From a virus, in the UHGV virus genome UHGV-0075595: a DNA stretch of 35,420 nt; one strand, given 5' to 3'. Below the pieces are notes generated by a model. It ran no database searches, had not been told where the DNA came from, and was given only the letters and a program-made list of their open reading frames with translations. Below, piece by piece: positions 34,114-35,420 of the stretch (positions within the stretch are counted from its first letter, which is position 1; the number at the start of each line of letters is the position of its first letter). Both the position numbers and the translations under genes were made by a program.

Positions 34114-35370
34114 TTATTTATTACTGTCTTCCATCCACTTCTCAAACTTCGACGGGGAGAACGGAATCAGATCCGTATGCTCCCCGTTAATCCAGGAATC
34201 AATCATATCGGCCCACTGCTGCAACATGTAGGCGCGCTGTCTGGCGTATTCCGCTTTGTTATATACGGCGCGCACACCTTTCTGCTCGTGTGCCAGAGCC
34301 TTTTCAATCCAGTCTGAAGGATAACCAGCCTCATGCAACAATGTACTGGCTGTACGGCGCATATCATGTACAGTAAAATCCTGAATATGCTCACCATCTT
34401 CATTTATTATTTTCACCGTTCTGTCGATCAGAGAGTTCAGCGCGGCATTAGATAATGGCTTCCGGAAATTGTAACGACCAGGAACCAGATATTCACTTCC
34501 ACCAGCGCACATCTGCAACCCAACCAATATATCCTGTGCCTGTTTAGGCAGGTAAATAACGTGCGCCCGGCTTCCCTTCATGCGGTCTGAAGGAATTGTC
34601 CATGTCCATTTTTTAAAATCTATTTCATCCCACGTTGCATTGGTGAATTCGCCTTTACGAACCATAGTGATAAGCACCAGCTTTAAAGCCATTTTCATAG
34701 TGCCCATAGCACCAATGGCATCCAGCGTGCGGAAGAACAGGCCAATTTCTTCTGGTGTCAGTGTTCGCTCTCGTGGTTTAAATATGGCGATAGACGAAGG
34801 TTTAATGTCAGCCGCAGGATTAAACAAACCATGACCACGGTCATTGGCGTGACGGTATACGCTGCTGATGATCTCCCTGGCCTGCACTGCTGTTGCCCGG
34901 CCGCCGCGTTCGACAATCCGGTCACACAAATCACGAACCATCGATGTGGTAATTTCAGTCATCATTTTGTTGCCAAGAACCGGAAGTATGTCACGGTCGA
35001 TCACCACCTGCTTCATTGCGCGGGTACTGTCAGCCAGGATGACATGTTTCATATAACTGTCGGTATGTACCGCAAACGTCTCGGCACCACGAATCTTTTT
35101 GATACCGTCACGTTTAGCCGCAGCCGGTGACTGGCCTGCTTTAAGCAGCTTCTTTGCAGCAATCAGTTCTTCTCGCGCTTCTGCCAGGCTGATACCGTCA
35201 CGCCCATACTGCCCGATTACCAGTGTTTCGCGGCGACCGTTGATACGGTAGTCATAGCGAAACGAGACCGTGCCTGACGTAAGCACAGCTACATACAGCC
35301 CGTCACGATCGGAGACCTTGTACAGTTTGTCCTGCGGCTTGAGGTTTTTTAATTTTGTATCGGTAAGCAC
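34114..35370 (-). CDS. int: Tyrosine integrase, P4-type
   Basis: 418 aa; N-terminal MLTDTKLKNLKPQDKLYKVSDRDGLYV arm-binding pattern; C-terminal catalytic-domain motifs; GTG start after in-frame stop. Confidence 0.85.
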   Translation of the reverse strand: MLTDTKLKNLKPQDKLYKVSDRDGLYVAVLTSGTVSFRYDYRINGRRETLVIGQYGRDGISLAEAREELIAAKKLLKAGQSPAAAKRDGIKKIRGAETFAVHTDSYMKHVILADSTRAMKQVVIDRDILPVLGNKMMTEITTSMVRDLCDRIVERGGRATAVQAREIISSVYRHANDRGHGLFNPAADIKPSSIAIFKPRERTLTPEEIGLFFRTLDAIGAMGTMKMALKLVLITMVRKGEFTNATWDEIDFKKWTWTIPSDRMKGSRAHVIYLPKQAQDILVGLQMCAGGSEYLVPGRYNFRKPLSNAALNSLIDRTVKIINEDGEHIQDFTVHDMRRTASTLLHEAGYPSDWIEKALAHEQKGVRAVYNKAEYARQRAYMLQQWADMIDSWINGEHTDLIPFSPSKFEKWMEDSNK

Positions 35371-35420
35371 AATTCACCCGTATAGAAACCATTTTCATGA
35401 CGGTATGAGAGTATACCTTT

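Larger units (their letters stand above)
1..35420. mobile_element. Prophage / temperate podovirus-like genome segment (integrase, repressor, replication, structural and lysis modules contiguous)
   Basis: Contiguous phage modules across whole window; P4-type integrase at right edge; no recognisable host housekeeping genes. Confidence 0.85.

Noticed and set aside
1-35420. Phage-type (T7-like) RNA polymerase and its conserved 23-bp promoters
   Set aside because: No ORF of suitable size or motif and no repeated T7-like promoter sequence; all promoter-like elements found are sigma70-type with repressor operators.

Overview
The whole 35.4 kb window reads as one temperate-phage (prophage) genome segment with no obvious host genes. 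Minus strand, right to left: a Cro-like gene, lambda O-like (with internal iterons) and P-like replication genes, a block of small early genes, then a long late operon (portal with Q-rich C-terminus, scaffold, major capsid, T7 gp11/gp12-like tail tubular proteins, three very large internal virion/ejection proteins, lipoprotein), a tailspike (beta-helix plus C-terminal chaperone domain) and a lysis cassette (two membrane proteins, GH19 endolysin, Rz with embedded Rz1). Plus strand: an immunity-like cargo island between the late operon and the tailspike (LexA-box-controlled small gene, AntA-domain antirepressor, unknown 210-aa gene), a tandem-HTH repressor, and a left-operon-like block (RecE-domain exonuclease, RecT, AlpA-like, PerC-like, MT-A70 methyltransferase, Ser/Thr phosphatase) converging on a P4-type integrase at the right edge. 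A complete tRNA-Arg(UCU) sits on the plus strand just upstream of the late operon. The most striking signal is a family of about 12 palindromic operator-like sites (ATTACC-N5-GGTAAT) at nearly every transcription-unit boundary, combined with a perfect LexA box in front of a small gene that is paralogous to the antirepressor C-terminal domain. No terminase, phage RNA polymerase or Q-like antiterminator was recognised in the window; the terminase is expected beyond the left edge. All protein assignments are from motif recall and gene order, not database searches. Coordinates of non-CDS features were indexed by hand and may be off by 1-2 bp.
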